Made by a program: the position numbers and the translations under genes
Notes under the pieces: model-generated
Told to the model about the DNA's origin: nothing
Seen by the model: the letters and a program-made list of their open reading frames with translations, nothing else
Database searches by the model: none
DNA from: Macrostomum lignano
Taxonomy: Eukaryota
DNA length: 64,000 bases
Direction of reading: 5' to 3'
Assembly: GCA_002269645.1 (NCBI GenBank)
Contig: NIVC01000276.1
Coordinates: 1 to 64,000, forward strand
In this document: piece after piece, positions 12,168-25,199 of the stretch
Numbering within the stretch: the first letter of the stretch is position 1
How the letters are laid out: the number at the start of each line of letters is the position of its first letter

Positions 12168-14650
12168 CTAGAAGTGGGAGTTATTGAGTGACTGATCACC
12201 ATCCAATAAACTCTTCAAGTCCCTCGATCCTCGCAGCAGCTTCTTCCTTTCCTTTACTGCTAATTCTGCCTTGCCGTTACTCTGAGCGTACGTTGGGGAT
12301 GACGTTCGGTGCTCGATGTTCCACCTCTGTAGGAATGCCTTGAATGGCTCTGATGTAAATTGCGGTCCTCCATCTGACCATATAATATCAGGGGCAGACT
12401 TTTCACAAAATCGCTGTCGAAGTGCATTGATAATCTTGTGAGTCGGAGCATTAGGGCCAAATGAGTTGATTGCCGGCCATCCCGACAGTCCGTCCACGAT
12501 TACTAGGTACTGGTTGCCTGCGTGTGACAAAAGGTCCAGGTGGATCTCTTGAAAGACACGCTCTGGCCGTGCTCTTGCTCTCAAAGGTTCATTTGGGAGG
12601 CTTGGTAAGTGCATCTGGCAGCTTACGCACTGCTTGGCTGCTTGCTCGATCTCATTATTAATGCCAGGCCAGTAGAAGCTTTTTCTGGCTCTACGTTTCA
12701 TCTTGACGGCGCCTTGATGCATTTGCTTTAGCTTCTCTAGTGTCTGTTGCCTGAGTGGTTTCGGAATGATCACTCGATGGCCACACAGGATGAGTCCGTC
12801 ATCAATCGTCAGTTGGTCTCGAATTGGCCAATATGGTCTTATCTGTTGTGGCAGGTTGCCTTTGTCGTTCGGGAATCTGTTCACGATGTAATCTCGGAGT
12901 TCTTGAGATTCATTATCGTGTCTCGTGGCATCGAGAATTTCTTTCTCAGAAACTGAGAGTGTTGAGATGCCGTCAAAGTCGATCATCTTTTGTTGGTTGT
13001 TCTCATTTTCCAAAAGCTCATCTTCTGGCATAGCTTCTTGTACTGGGGCTCTAGATAAGGCATCGGCGTCCTCGTTATTTTTGCCTTTTACCCATCTGGC
13101 TGAGTAGTTAAACGCGTCCAGTTTTTGGCGGAGCCTCAACAGCCTGGGGTTCTCAATCTGGTCCAGGGTGTAACGGTTAAGGGTGGGCTCCAGAGGTTTG
13201 TGATCTGTTATTATTTCGAATTTTGGCAAGCCTTCCCGAAATCGCGATCCCGCTTGTACGACTCACCAGTTTCCGTCCTTCTGTTTCTGTTTCATCAGGA
13301 ATCTGAGGCCCTTTAATCTTGAGGCGTCGGTTTGGAGAGCAGTCGGATTTTGAGGGTCGTAATAGGCAAGAACGGGGACCTGTGATAGTTGCGTTCTCAT
13401 TTCCTCGAAACATTATTGGTGTTTTCACTCCAGAGGAACTCGTTTTTCTTCTTTAGAAGTTCCCTCAGTTGTAGGGCAAGCTCTGCGATCCTGTCGCTAA
13501 ATGAGGCTACCTCATTCACCAGGCTGAACCAAGATTTTACATCTGTGAGGTTTTTAGGCTGCGGGAGTTCTCGAATTGCCTTTGTGATTTCTGGGTCGGT
13601 TGTGTACCCGTTGGAGTCGATACGGAATCCTGCGAAGCTTACAGAGACCTCAGCTACTTTGAATTTTTTTCGGATTTAGTGATATCCCGAGCTCCATGCA
13701 TCGGATTAGGAATCTCCGCACTGCATACAGGTGTTAATGCTTATCAGCATGAGCTAAAATGATGTCGTCCACAACGTGGTTGATGTTCTCCATCCCTTGC
13801 AATGCTTCATCTATCCTGCGATTATAGTGCTCGGAAATTGAGCTGATCCCGAAGGGTGCTCTGAGATACATATATCGGCCATATGGCGTTATGAATGTTG
13901 TCAGCTTTTGCGACTCGGTGTCCAACGGTACCTGATGATATCCCTTCAGAGCATCTACTGTCGTAAAATATCGTGCATTTGCTGGCAGTCTTGATACTAC
14001 TTCAAACGGAGTACTGCTTTGGTATCTTTCACGTGTCACGAATTTATTTTCAAGTTGCGCAAATCTACACAGAGTCGAATCTTGTCGGAATCCTTTTTGG
14101 ACTGGACTGTAATTGGCGCGCACCACTCGATTGGTTCTCTTACTTTCGTTATGGTGCCTTGTTCTTCGAGTTCGTCCAGTTCTTGCTTCAGTCTTGGTTT
14201 CAGAGGTTCCGCGATTCGCTTTGGGGTCGAGACGGAGAAGGGTATTACCCCTTTTGCTAGCTGGATTCGGAATTTCTCGCCAGGCATCGGCTTTACTTCT
14301 CCACTGAATACCTCGGGGAACTCTGATATCATTTGTTCCCTGGGTGAGTATGAATACGCAGTTTGAAGTTCGTGCTCTTTTTTCGGTAGCTGCTTCGGGA
14401 AGTCTTTATGAATTATTTAAAGATCCTTGCATGTCTGACGTGAGATGATTGGAGTTTTGATTCCTTGAAGGATAAAGACTTCGCACTTTAGATTTGTGGA
14501 TCCCAGCCGCATCTCGAGGAATAATTTTCTCCAGTTTTCTATCTTTCTTCCGTCTACTGCTTTGGGTGTTCGCCTAACAGGTGCAAATCCACTTCAGAAA
14601 TAGCGTTGATGCTGGCTCCTGTGTCAGGCAGAAAATCTACCTTGGACCAG
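12168..14650 (-). mobile_element. Gypsy/Ty3 pol remnant 1 (PR-RT-RH-INT), frameshifted
   Basis: KVDFLPDTGASINAI (protease, ~14600-14645); IRLCVDLRNL; VDALKGYHQV..YLRAPFG..HVVDDII (RT); ITDHKPL (RNase H); HQGAVKM..CVSC (HHCC); IHLDLL..SDGGPQF..SNGKAE (DDE integrase). No gag or LTR pair recognised. Confidence 0.95.
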
Positions 14651-15172
14651 TTCCCTCTTCACTCTTCACTGCTCTTCACTCGCAAAGCGTGATGTCTGCA
14701 GAGGTGAATTGTCGAGTTCCAGTTGCACTGATTGCTGGGCCAACTTCCGTTTGACGGTTGCGTACAGACAAAAATACGCGTCTTGTGTGCCAGTTTGTCT
14801 CGAACTGGGTAGAATTCTGGCTACTTGGTGAAACGGGGCGCCATCTATCACGCAGGTTACCACTGATCTGCCATGTTGTCATTGTAGTGGTTATTGACAG
14901 CATCGATGAGTTATTCAATAAATTACTGGAACACTTGTCAAGTGTTTATATACGATTTATCGCAATTTTTGAGTTTATAATTTTACACTGAGCTGCCCAA
15001 GCAACCGGAGAATCGATTTTGTTACGGTTGAGTCAGAGAAAAATTCACATGTATTCAAATTTCACTGCCTCTTGGGATAATTTACAGATGCTTATTGCTT
15101 TCCTAACAGCCCCCATACAGGCTGTCAGTAGCCATATTCAGCTAAAAATATAGAATGAAAAAATTCTTGATA

Positions 15173-15745
15173 CGAGGGTCACTTAGAACACAAACACAAA
15201 GCCTGAACACAAAACACCAATAAATGAACTAAAAAACAACTACAAATGCTCAAAGTACTCTCCCCCGCGGCATTGGTACAGGCTTGCATCCTGTGAAACC
15301 AGCTATCGAAGCATTGCCGCCAATCCTCATCCCGGAGCTCCCCGATGACGCTTTTGAACTCATTCACAGCATCTTCCGATGAAGAAAAATTCGGGTCTCC
15401 CGGATCGATGTTCATCTTCGACGCTTTCTCGACCTCGGCGAGAATTCAACCAGTTTTAGACGGTTGCGTATGAAGGACATAGATGGGTGAAAATGTTCTG
15501 TAAAGCCTTACTTGAAGTGCAAGTACATCATTGCTCTAAAGTCGCGATTTTCCTGTTTCATTGTTGAATTGAATGACACACGGGGTGAACTTACTTTGAC
15601 GACTTCGCTGCAGTGAACTCAAAAGTGGCTGCTTCTGTTTGAAAATCTTGTTACGATGCTTTTAAAAGTTTGTCTTTACGACAAACTTCATGCTTCTACG
15701 TCTCGTGGATCCTACTCAGGCTAAAAACGTTCTGAGAGACCGTCA
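15173..15745 (-). mobile_element. Internally deleted mariner (Tc1/mariner) element
   Basis: TA|CGAGGGTCACTTAGAAC terminus at 15171, with a degenerate inverted copy at ~15729-15745 (gttctgagagaccgtca). N-terminus MKQENRDFRAMMYLHFK (ATG 15561) and PSYATV*NW..GRESVEDEHRSGRP joined directly to the C-terminus FSSSEDAVNEF..DWRQCFDSWFHRMQAC..AGE. The DDD catalytic core is missing. Confidence 0.85.
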
Positions 15746-15883
15746 TGATGTTCAAAAATGACGAAAAATTGGGCATTGGATAACAAGCTGGGAGCTGTCA
15801 GATACGGACAATAGGCGAAAAATAGGCATACTGGACATGCGGGTCTTTTCTTGTCCGTCTCAACGCCCTGCTGTAAAGGCTGG

Positions 15884-16952
15884 TGTAGTGCTCGTAGTCC
15901 GCTTGGCGGGTAAGAATCTTGGCCTTTAAGAGCCGTATATTTGCGATATATATTCACGCAGCTGCCGACGTGCAGCTATGAGTTACGCAATACATTGGGG
16001 TACTGAGCATGTTGGCTAGAGAGCAAGAGAAAGGGCATTGTACACGCATAGTCTGCGCACCACATCTCTCCCCCAAAGCAAAAGAAAAGTCCAATACGAG
16101 AGGGTACAGCCGAAGAGGACTTGCAGTCGATTGCGGCCGGTCTCGGCGACAAAGAGGCAGCAGGCAAAGACGTCGAAACACTTGTAGCCGCGCTTAACGA
16201 CGACTTCGACAGCAAGCGGAATCTCCCGTTCACCCGCTATCAATTCAGGTTGTGCACGCAGCGGTCCGGCGAGCCCATCGACGAATGGCTCCAGCGCCTC
16301 AAAGATGCTGCCGACTGCTGCGGCTTCGAGGGCCTCAGAGACTCCCTGATCCGTGACCAGGTGATCGCCGGCTGCAGTTCAGAGCAGCTTCGCCGCAAGC
16401 TGCTAGCGATCGACAATGTCGACCTGGAGCAGGCGCTTCGGGTGGCCAGAGCCATGGAGACAGCAGAGACTCAGGCAAGCCTCATGGAATCTAACGAGGC
16501 GGCAGTACAGCGACTTCGACTTCGAGACACTGGTGCAGCGGCCTCATCAGCAGAGCGACTAGTCAAGGGACCAGCCAAGCAGCAGCCAGGCAAGCAAACC
16601 ACGTGCATCAGATGCGGAGTCCCGGGCCACCGCACATGCAACGCAGCCAGAGGCAAGACGTGCGAGCGCTGCGGAAAGCGAAATCACTTGGCGAGGGCCT
16701 GCCTCTCCCGGCCGTTGGAAGCCGTCTGCGCCCTGCAGGCCGACAGCGACAGCTCAGAGCCGGAGGACAGCATCTTCTGTCTGACCGTGGCGGCCACCGG
16801 GACGGCTACAGCGGGCGCCCGCACAACAGTGCTCGTCGACTCAACGCAGCTGCCGACGTGCAGCTATGAGTTACGCAATACATTGGGGCACTGAGCATGT
16901 TGGCTAGAGAGCAAGAGAAAGGGCATTGTACACGCATAGTCTGCGCACCACA
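15884..16952 (-). mobile_element. Small non-autonomous LTR element (1069 bp) with 5-bp TSD and inverted internal Gypsy gag
   Basis: TSD GCTGG at 15879-15883 and 16953-16957. Full LTR 15884-16064 (TGTAGTG...CACCACA). Partial LTR 16844-16952 is identical over 109 bp except one base. PPT GGGGGAGAGA abuts the LTR on the minus strand. Confidence 0.9.
16121..16843 (+). pseudogene. Gypsy gag fragment with two zinc knuckles
   Basis: FDSKRNLPFTRYQFRLCTQRSGEPIDEWLQRLKDAADCCGF..LIRDQVIAG..LRRKLL (retrotransposon gag), then CIRCGVPGHRTC and CERCGKRNHLARAC knuckles. Confidence 0.9.
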
Positions 16953-18199
16953 GCTGGTGATGACTTTTTTTATACAAAAATGATCAGTTTATTGATTTCC
17001 TATCCAGGTAAGCCTCAGAGAGGCTGAGAGACGGTGGATCAGAGAAAAAACAGGAAGAGGAAGGGAAGCATGTTGAACAGTAAAGACTGCATGATGCTAA
17101 ATAAATGATGAAGACGCCAAATAAAAATATTTGGAAGCAAGCAGGGAAGCAAGAGATGAGTAAAAGGGGGTCATTTTCTTCCCTTAGTAGAAGCTTTCAG
17201 TGCAGAATTTTTCAGTGCCTCCGCTGTTTCATTAATTCTATATTCATTATTCCCAATAAACTGGCAAAAATTCAATCTACAAAGTTGTTAAAGTCTTCCA
17301 ACTTAATACTTTGACTTGCTACAGTGTACTTGCTTAATCTTCAATGAACCACTTTCCGGACAGAATTTTCCATAGCCTCCATAATCCCATTAATTTCATC
17401 TGTATTATCGTATCTTTAAAGCTTCCCAACATACTCCTTTTACTTGGTACTTACTCGTCCCTCTCATCATCCATTTGTAGTACGTATTCTTCAAATCCTA
17501 TTTAATTCGCTACTGCAGTCCTTTAAGCCTTTATCAGAGGCTTTTTGCGCCTCAGAGGATAGAAATCAATCACTTAACACTCTGGCCTCCTACTCGTGTC
17601 AGATGATCAGAGCATAGGAGTGGCAAGCAGCAGGTCATGTAGCTAAGAGAGGACAGCGATAGACAAGCAGGGAGAGTTTGAAAGTAAGAAAACCAGCTAA
17701 TTTGGGGATTAGGCTAATCCACCACTACCAACTCGTGCAAACTGGCTCACCAAACAAGCTCTAGCTAAATCGGGTTTCAATGTCATGTCGAACAACACTA
17801 CTTTTAATAAGTTAAATGAGCTTAACTATAACAAATATTCTATGTTAGTATTCAAATACAGTTATTTCAACGATACAGCATATCAGAAATTTCAACGAAA
17901 TATATGTCAAGTTTTGTGCGCTAGAATTACCGACCGAATCACTCGTAGTTCTCTGTGTGCTGGCTCACGAAAAAATTCACCGATACACAGTCCGAGTGAC
18001 CTTGGCAGCAGGGGTAGACAAGAACAGTATTTCTGAATACCTTTCTGCCAGGAAACTCTGCATCTTTTGGCATGTCTTTGATTAGCTGCTGCTGTCAGTT
18101 CAGCAGTGGTCAATTTTAAAATCGGAGTAGTATAGTAAGTGGTCAGCAAACCAACTTTAGATTTTTTAACCTGTCAATACATTCAGAAATTCAGTATAA

Positions 18200-20565
18200 T
18201 TTTTTTTGTCTGGAGCTCGGATACTGAGTACAAACTCGCCCATAGACTGTACTGTGGCCTGCAAGATCGTCTTTTAGTGAGGAGATTGTTGGTTTTCTTA
18301 GAAGTGATTTCCAGTCCTTTAATTATTTTGAGTATCAGCTTTTTAGTTCATGTCAACAGAAATTTTTACTCTTTCATTACAATTCGTGGCTCTTTTCGTA
18401 CAGTACGAGCCATGCTCACGAACTAAATATCCATAGACATTTGCAGCTCAGCAGCCATGAACGGCTTGTGAATAAAGTGCATTTGTTAGCTAAATAAAAG
18501 TTCATCACAATGCTAACACTCCTTCCCGTTAATTAATTAATTACAGTTAATTAGGCACACCCAGCTTGTGATAATTCAGTCGCACTGGTACTCGTCGATG
18601 GCGCTGACTCCTGCGAAGACCAGATCCTTGTTCAGCAGTTTCTTCTGTCTCCGTCTCCACCAGGTCATCAGAACCGGCGATCTTCGGTTTTGTTTGTTCA
18701 CGATAGTAGCGTCCGCGCCTTCCGTCCTCCAGCTCAACGTCGACCACAACATTTCCCTCCGTTGCGACTACTTCACCAGACTTCCATTTAGTCATCTCGT
18801 TGTTGTATGTTCTTACCCAGACTGGCTCACGTGCCAGAGAGAATGCTGGAGTGCGGAGCAGATATCCTCTCATCAGCTCAGAGGGCGATTTCCCAGTTGC
18901 TGAGTGTCTTGAATTCCTGTATTGCAGTAGAAACCGGTCGAAGCAGCTCTGAAGGTCGCCTTCCCCTGCAGCTCTGATGTGATTTTTTAGGTAGGTCTCT
19001 CACGAAGCGCTCGGCCAATCCGTTTGACCTTGGATGATAAGGTGGTGTGAGAACATATCGGCAGTTGATTCCTCTTAGCCAACCTTCCATTTCTTTCGAT
19101 ACGAATTGAGATCCGTTGTCCGAAACAATAGTCACAGGCACGTCTTCTTGAGCGAACGTTCTTCGCAATCGCTTGATGGTCTCAGATGAAGAGGTTCCTT
19201 TAGTCACGTGAACTTCAGCCCATTTGCTGAACGCATCAATTAGTACTAACAGGTAGTTTCCTCCCTTCATAGGTCCTGCGTAGTCCATGTGAACTCTCGA
19301 CCAGCACTGGGTCTCGTCCGGCCAAGAAGTCCATTGTCGAGTTATTCCGTGATCCTTGTTCATCTGACATGAACTGCATCCTTTTGAGTACTTTTCGATG
19401 TCTCGATCTACATCGGGCCACCAGACACATTGTCTAGCTATAGATTTCATCTTCTCAGGTCCGATATGCCCTTCGTGCAGCAATCGCAGAGTTGCGGAAC
19501 GCTCCAGCTTTGGAATAACCAGCCGAATACCTCTGTACAGTAACCCATTCTCGATGACAAACTCGTCCCTGAATCGACTAAACTGCTGTAGTTCTCGAAA
19601 TCCTTCTGTCTTCCAACCATACTTGACTTGAGCGAACAGCTTCCGAAGTTCTGAGTCCTCTTTCGATTTCCTTCTCAAGCTCTCCTTGTTTATAGGAACG
19701 TCCAGTAAACAGTCCTGCACTGAGCTAATATCAAACTGTTCACCTTCAGATGTGTTGTTGCTTAGTCTTGACAGCGCGTCGGCTACAGGAATCTCGGAGA
19801 ATCTTTTGCGCTCAACAACATATTCGTAACTCATCAGAGTGATTGGCCAGCGTTGCATTCGGGCTGCAGGCACAGTTGACAGAGATCTCCCCGGATCGAA
19901 GATGAACTTCAGTAGCTGATGGTCTGTTCGGATGATGAACTTCTGGCCTAGCAAATACTTGTGTAAGCGCTTCACGGCCCATACGATAGCAAGAGCCTCG
20001 CGCTCGATTTGAGCATAGTTACGCTCCGCTTGTGTCAGAGTCTTCGAGATAAAAATTACTGGTCCAGTTGATTGCTCTAGAACTGCACCAAGTCCAGAGG
20101 GTGATGCATCAGTTGTGAGAATGATCTTGTCGGCTGGATTAAAAGGTTGAAGAGCGACTGCGTTGTACAGCTGATCCTTTATGCTCTTGAGCGCTCTCTG
20201 CTCTCCTGAGCCCCAGGTCCATTTTGTCCGTGTCCTGATCAGTCTCGTTAGAGGTTCCTTCAAACTCGCGAGATTCTTGATGCACCGTCCATAAAAATCG
20301 ACCATTCCAATGAAGGACTGCAACTGCTTAAGATTTTTTGGCTCCTCTATTCCTGCAATTTCCTTGGCTTTCTTCGGTGGTGGGCGAATGCCACTTTCAC
20401 TGATCTCGTATCCCAGGAACATGATTGATGGCTTGTCAAAGTTGCACTTATCCTTGTTAATGCTCAATCCATTATATTTATGATTTGAAGAACTTTGGAC
20501 AGCCTTTTGTCATGACTCTGTTGGTCAAAGCCCCACACTAGAATGTCGTCCTGGTACAACTAATA
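18200..20565 (-). mobile_element. Gypsy pol remnant 2 (RT C-part, RH, INT) with PPT and start of 3' LTR
   Basis: LYQDDILVWG (~20550). ORF 18878-20467 has TTDASPSGLGAVL, RTDHQLL, HEGHIG..CSSC, HMDYAG, SDNGSQF and SNGLAERFV. C-terminus LRRSQRHRRVPVRL. PPT GGGAAGGAG (18527-18519), then TGTTAGC LTR start at 18518. Left LTR boundary not determined; 5' half absent. Confidence 0.93.
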
Positions 20566-21483
20566 TACTAAAGCATATAAATGAGCTTCTGCTTGAACTC
20601 ATCTGCCCACAGCACCTCCCTTTCTCCATGAGGTTAACAACCGTTACAGTCAGTTAATCACTAGGCCAAGTCAATCCTTACTTTCGGTTCGCTTGCAGAC
20701 GTTCGCTTCGCCTTGGTAGCTCAGGCCTTGAGCAGGTGATGTCCTCGACCTCGGGCTCCTCAGGCGGGTGAAGGTCGGGGGCCATAGACAACTTATACGG
20801 CATTCGAGATTGGTCCCAGTAGCTTCGAATTCATTGCAACATGATGTTGCTTCCTTTCTTGGCTCCCCGTCCGTAGCGTCCGTCGTCGTTGGGATGAAAC
20901 CGGTACAATCAGTCAAGATGTGCCTTTTTCAGCCGACAATTTGAGAGTTGAATGATCGCAGTATTTTGTCCAAGAGGAACCATTAGGTTGCCCTCGCAAT
21001 TGTGCTGTCCCGCCTTGTAGACTACAGCCTTATTGGGAATCCACTCTGCTGACGTTTGCAACGGGACTCGCAGCTTCCGACGCAGCTGTGGACGATCCTA
21101 TCTTGCCGAAAGATGATCGATAAAATAGGAGATACCGTTCGATGGAAGCCTGGCTGAAGTCATTTGCTTTTATCGCCTTCTTTATAGTGTAGTGATACAT
21201 TTATTCATATAATTAAAACTACAACTACTGTAACAAAAACATTTGTAGCAGAATTATACCTTGAATAATTTTACTATCTACTATGCAAGATGAACCAAGG
21301 TTTCCCCGAATATCGTAAACAACGAACCACGACCCCAAAGAAGGTAAACGGTGTCCCGAAAAAATCTATTCAACTGTCAAGGGGTCGAATTCTTAAGAAC
21401 TAACCCTTTCACCCCATCAAAATTACCTTGTTTATATTGCCTATAAATACAAGCGCTTAGAGAGCCCAAAAATCTCAGAGTCG

Positions 21484-24400
21484 TGTTATGTTTTGGATAT
21501 GAATGTTATATTACGGCATAGCCGTCTGTGCTGCGCTTAGTTCGTATCTGCAGCTCTCGTATATTTAGCTTGTAAAGACATAAAGCTAAGGTCATAGACA
21601 ACTTAATTCGGTCTGTCTGCGACATCCCTTTTTTTCCAAAAAGAAGTGTCATACGCATTAATGGATGAATGAATGAAAATGGCATTGTCAGTTAGTTCAG
21701 TTTGAGTGCATATAATTATGTAGCCTTGTAAAATTGAGTTGGCTTCACTTCACGTCCATATCGTGTAATGTATTTTGTTCCACCAGATTTTCCAGAATCC
21801 AGCTGAGAATTGTGTACTGTATCGGATGCATGAGCGTCTGAGCTGTGAGTCTGAATCGTTCCATTGTTAGAATCCTGATTAGGTAGTTGAATCCTTGAAT
21901 ACTCTGGTATGGTCTGCATTCTGCGGTCTGTATTGCGCTTTGCCAGAAATCTGCGATTTCGTCTGAGTTCACGACCTGTAGCAGTTCGAACTTTGTATGA
22001 CCTGTCTGGGTCAGTGACATCGGGTTTCACGATTTCTGCAGGAATCTATTGTCTTCGATCTTCTTGCATCCACACCTGATCTCCTTCTTTAAACGGTCGT
22101 AGGTCTCGTGCAGTGGAATTGTAGTAGAATGCCTGTTTACTGTTCTTCTTTGCCAAAATTTCTAGTTCACGTTTTGTCCACACTTGTCTTGGTTTCAGCT
22201 GTTCAATGGGCAGTGGCAGTTGATATCTGAGCTTTCGTCCCATCACTAGCTTAGCCGGTGTCGGTAGCTCTCTTTCAATTGGCGTATTCCGATAGTGTAG
22301 TATTGCACAATTTATATCTTCTGCTTTGTTTAAAAATCCTTTAACTGTCTGAACAGCTCTTTCTGATAGGCCATTTGATTGTGGATATTTTGGCGACGAT
22401 GTCCTAATTCGTATACCTTTCTGTTCAGCAAACTCTTTAAACCTGTTGGATCCAAATGGAGGTCCGTTGTCACATCTTATCACTTCTGGAGTACCATAGG
22501 TAGTAAAATATTGTGACAGCTGTTTTATGACGCACTCTGCTGATGTTGTCGTGATCTTATCAGTGCAGATCCATCGACTAAACCTGTCAACCAGGACAAT
22601 GTGTGTTTCCCCTTTCCAGTAGAAAATGTCAGTTCCACACTCTTGAAAAGGATACTCAGGTACGAGCTATTTCAACCATTTTCATGGATTCTTTTTGATG
22701 AAGAGCTTGGTAACTTTGGCATTTTTCGCATGAAGAAATGTATTGCTCAATGTCATGGCGCATTCGAGGCCAAAATACAGATTCAGTAGCCTTCATCAAC
22801 GTCTTTTCCACGCCTTGATGACTTTCATGGAGGATTTGAAGCATTTGTCTTCGCATTGCATCAGGAATGAATATTTTGCTGCTCTTGTATATGAGTCTGT
22901 CATTCTCCATCAGTTCATGCCGAATATTCCAGAATGGCTTCAGTTCTTCAGCTATTTGGGATTTGGCATCTGGCCAACCCTCTCGAATCTGGCCCTTTAG
23001 CTTATGACATAAATCGTCAGCATTTGTGTGATGCTGGATGTCCTTTAGCAAGTTGTCTGGTAGGCATACACGAGCTACTCCAAGTATTTGGCACTGAATG
23101 TCATCATCAATATCATTGGATGAATGTACGGATTTCAGATAAACGCGGCTTAGTGTATCCGCAAGGTATAGTTCTTTTCCGGGTACATACGTCACATTGA
23201 GATCGAATTCTTGAATTTTCAAAGCTAGTCGCTGCAGTCGAGCTGATAGTTCACTCAGTGGCTTTTTCATAATGAATTGCAGGGGCTTGTGATCTGATTC
23301 AACCTGTACGTGCCGACCCCATAAGTATTGTCGAAATCTGCGACATCCAAAGACTATTGCCAAGAATTCTTTTTCGATTTGAGCATATTTCTTTTGAGCA
23401 GGAGTCATCGATGACGATGCGTATTCAATGACGTGTCCGTCTTGCATCAATGCGGCTCCGAGTCCATCTTTACTGGCATCTACACTTAGAATGACACTCT
23501 GATCTGGGTTAAATTGTCCCAATAGTGGAGCTTTGCACAGTGATTCCTTAATTGCTTCATATGCTTCTTCCTGCCGTTTTCCCCAGTTCCACGCTACATC
23601 TTTTTTCAGTAACTGTCGCAAAGGTGAAGCAAGCGCTGAGAAATTTTGTATGAACTTCGACAAGAAGTTTGCGCTGCCGATGAATCTTTGTAGTTGCGCG
23701 GCTTTTTCAGATATCTGGGAGTAACTGTTCGGATGCGGCATGTCTTTGATGCTTCGTATCTTTTCCGGATCGATCTTGACTCCTTCGCTGGTTAGAATAT
23801 GTCCTAGGAATTTCAACTCTCGCTGTCCGATTTTAGCTTTGGTCTTGTTTATCTTTAAATTCTTATCCTTGCACTGCTGTAGCAGTTGCCTCACCGAGTC
23901 ATCATGCTCTTTTCTTGTTCTGCCCCACACGATTATATCGTCAATATAGTTTGCGGAGTTTGCAACATGACTCGTGATCTCTTCTCTGATTTTTCTCTGA
24001 TACGCCTCTGGAGCATCCTTCAATCCGAATGGCAGTCTGTTCCACCTGTAGACTCCGAAAGGTGTATGAAATGCGGTTAGAAGAGAGCTTTCATGATCTA
24101 AAGCTACTTGATGAAATCCTGCTGTAGCATCAAAAGTTGAAAAAAACTTTGCGCCAGTCATCTTGCTAATAATTTCATTATATGATGGAATTGGGTACCG
24201 GTCTCGAATTATGAACTCGTTTAGACTTTGCGGATCGAGGCAGAGACACAGAACTTTCAGGCTTCTACACAACCACAACGTTGGATACCCACTCCGTGGG
24301 ATGCGAACACTGGGAAATCATTCCTTGCTCACTGAGGCGATGCAGCTCATCTCTTAATGCTTTCAATGCTGCAAACGGTACTTTTCTTGGACCCTGAACT

Positions 24401-25170
24401 CTGGGAACAGCGTTCGTCTGTAAAACTATGTGGTGTGTTCCTGGCAGACAACCTAGCCCTTCAAAGATATCGGCGTATTCTTTCAAAATCACTTCCTTTG
24501 TAAGTGGTTCTTCCGATACCGGTACATCCTGTTGAACAGCATGCAGTATCCGTATCAGTCCGAGACTCTCTGCTGTATTTGTCTCAAGCAATGGCATATT
24601 ATCTTCAGCAATGACAAAGAATTTTGCTTGAATTTCTTCATTCTGGTGTCTGAGAAGCAGTTGAATTTGTCCCAAAACTGTCAGCCTCTGTTTGTTGTAC
24701 ACAACTAACTGTGTGCTTCTATCCTCTCGGTATTCCTTCTTGGTAATCTGCCTAAGTCTTTTTGCAGACATAATGTTAACATCGGCTCCTGTGTCGATTT
24801 TAAACAAAATCAACTGACGATCCTCAACCAGTACACTCGCGATTGTCTTACTGTTCGTGCGAGCGGTCTTATTTTCATTATTTCCAGCCATCTGGTCAGA
24901 GCTTGCAACTGAAGATACAGCCCATGATTTTGTTAAGCTGCCCTCTGTGTCTTCGTCATTTTCGTCATCATGTTCGTCTACCAGTCTGACATGTCTTGTA
25001 GGGTTATTTCGAAACTTTTGCTGACACATGGCTTTAAAATGGTTCTTTCTTCCACAATTACTACACAGCTTTCCAAATGCAGGACAGTGCTTACTACCAA
25101 AGGTGTGCTGTTTTCCGCAGTATCTGCAACTGGTTATGCCCTGATGCGAGTCCTTGCGGGAGCCTGTAAC
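21484..25170 (-). mobile_element. Gypsy remnant 3 (gag knuckles, PR, RT, RH, INT, PPT, 3' LTR), 5'-truncated
   Basis: CRYCGKQH..CSNCGRKNHFKAMC (~25140-25020); FKIDTGADVN; FDATAGFHQV, NYIDDIIVWG, SVDASKDGLGAAL, ESDHKPL and HESHQG..CEKC in ORF 22656-24278; CDNGPPF..SNGLSERAV. PPT GGAAAAAAAGGGA, then TGTCGCAG at 21624; LTR probably ends near 21484 (..CATAACA). Confidence 0.95.
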
Positions 25171-25199
25171 TGAAAAACCGGAAAAGGAGTTCGTAGTTT

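Noticed and set aside
14860-15000. Possible 5' LTR end plus PBS (..ACA|TGGCAGATCAGTGG on minus) for Gypsy remnant 1
   Set aside because: No matching second LTR was found near 11.4-12.1 kb, and the tRNA complementarity could not be verified.
15956-16952. 109-bp direct repeats as a giant target-site duplication around a gag insertion
   Set aside because: The left copy extends into a full TG..CA LTR with an adjacent PPT, and a true 5-bp TSD (GCTGG) flanks the whole unit.
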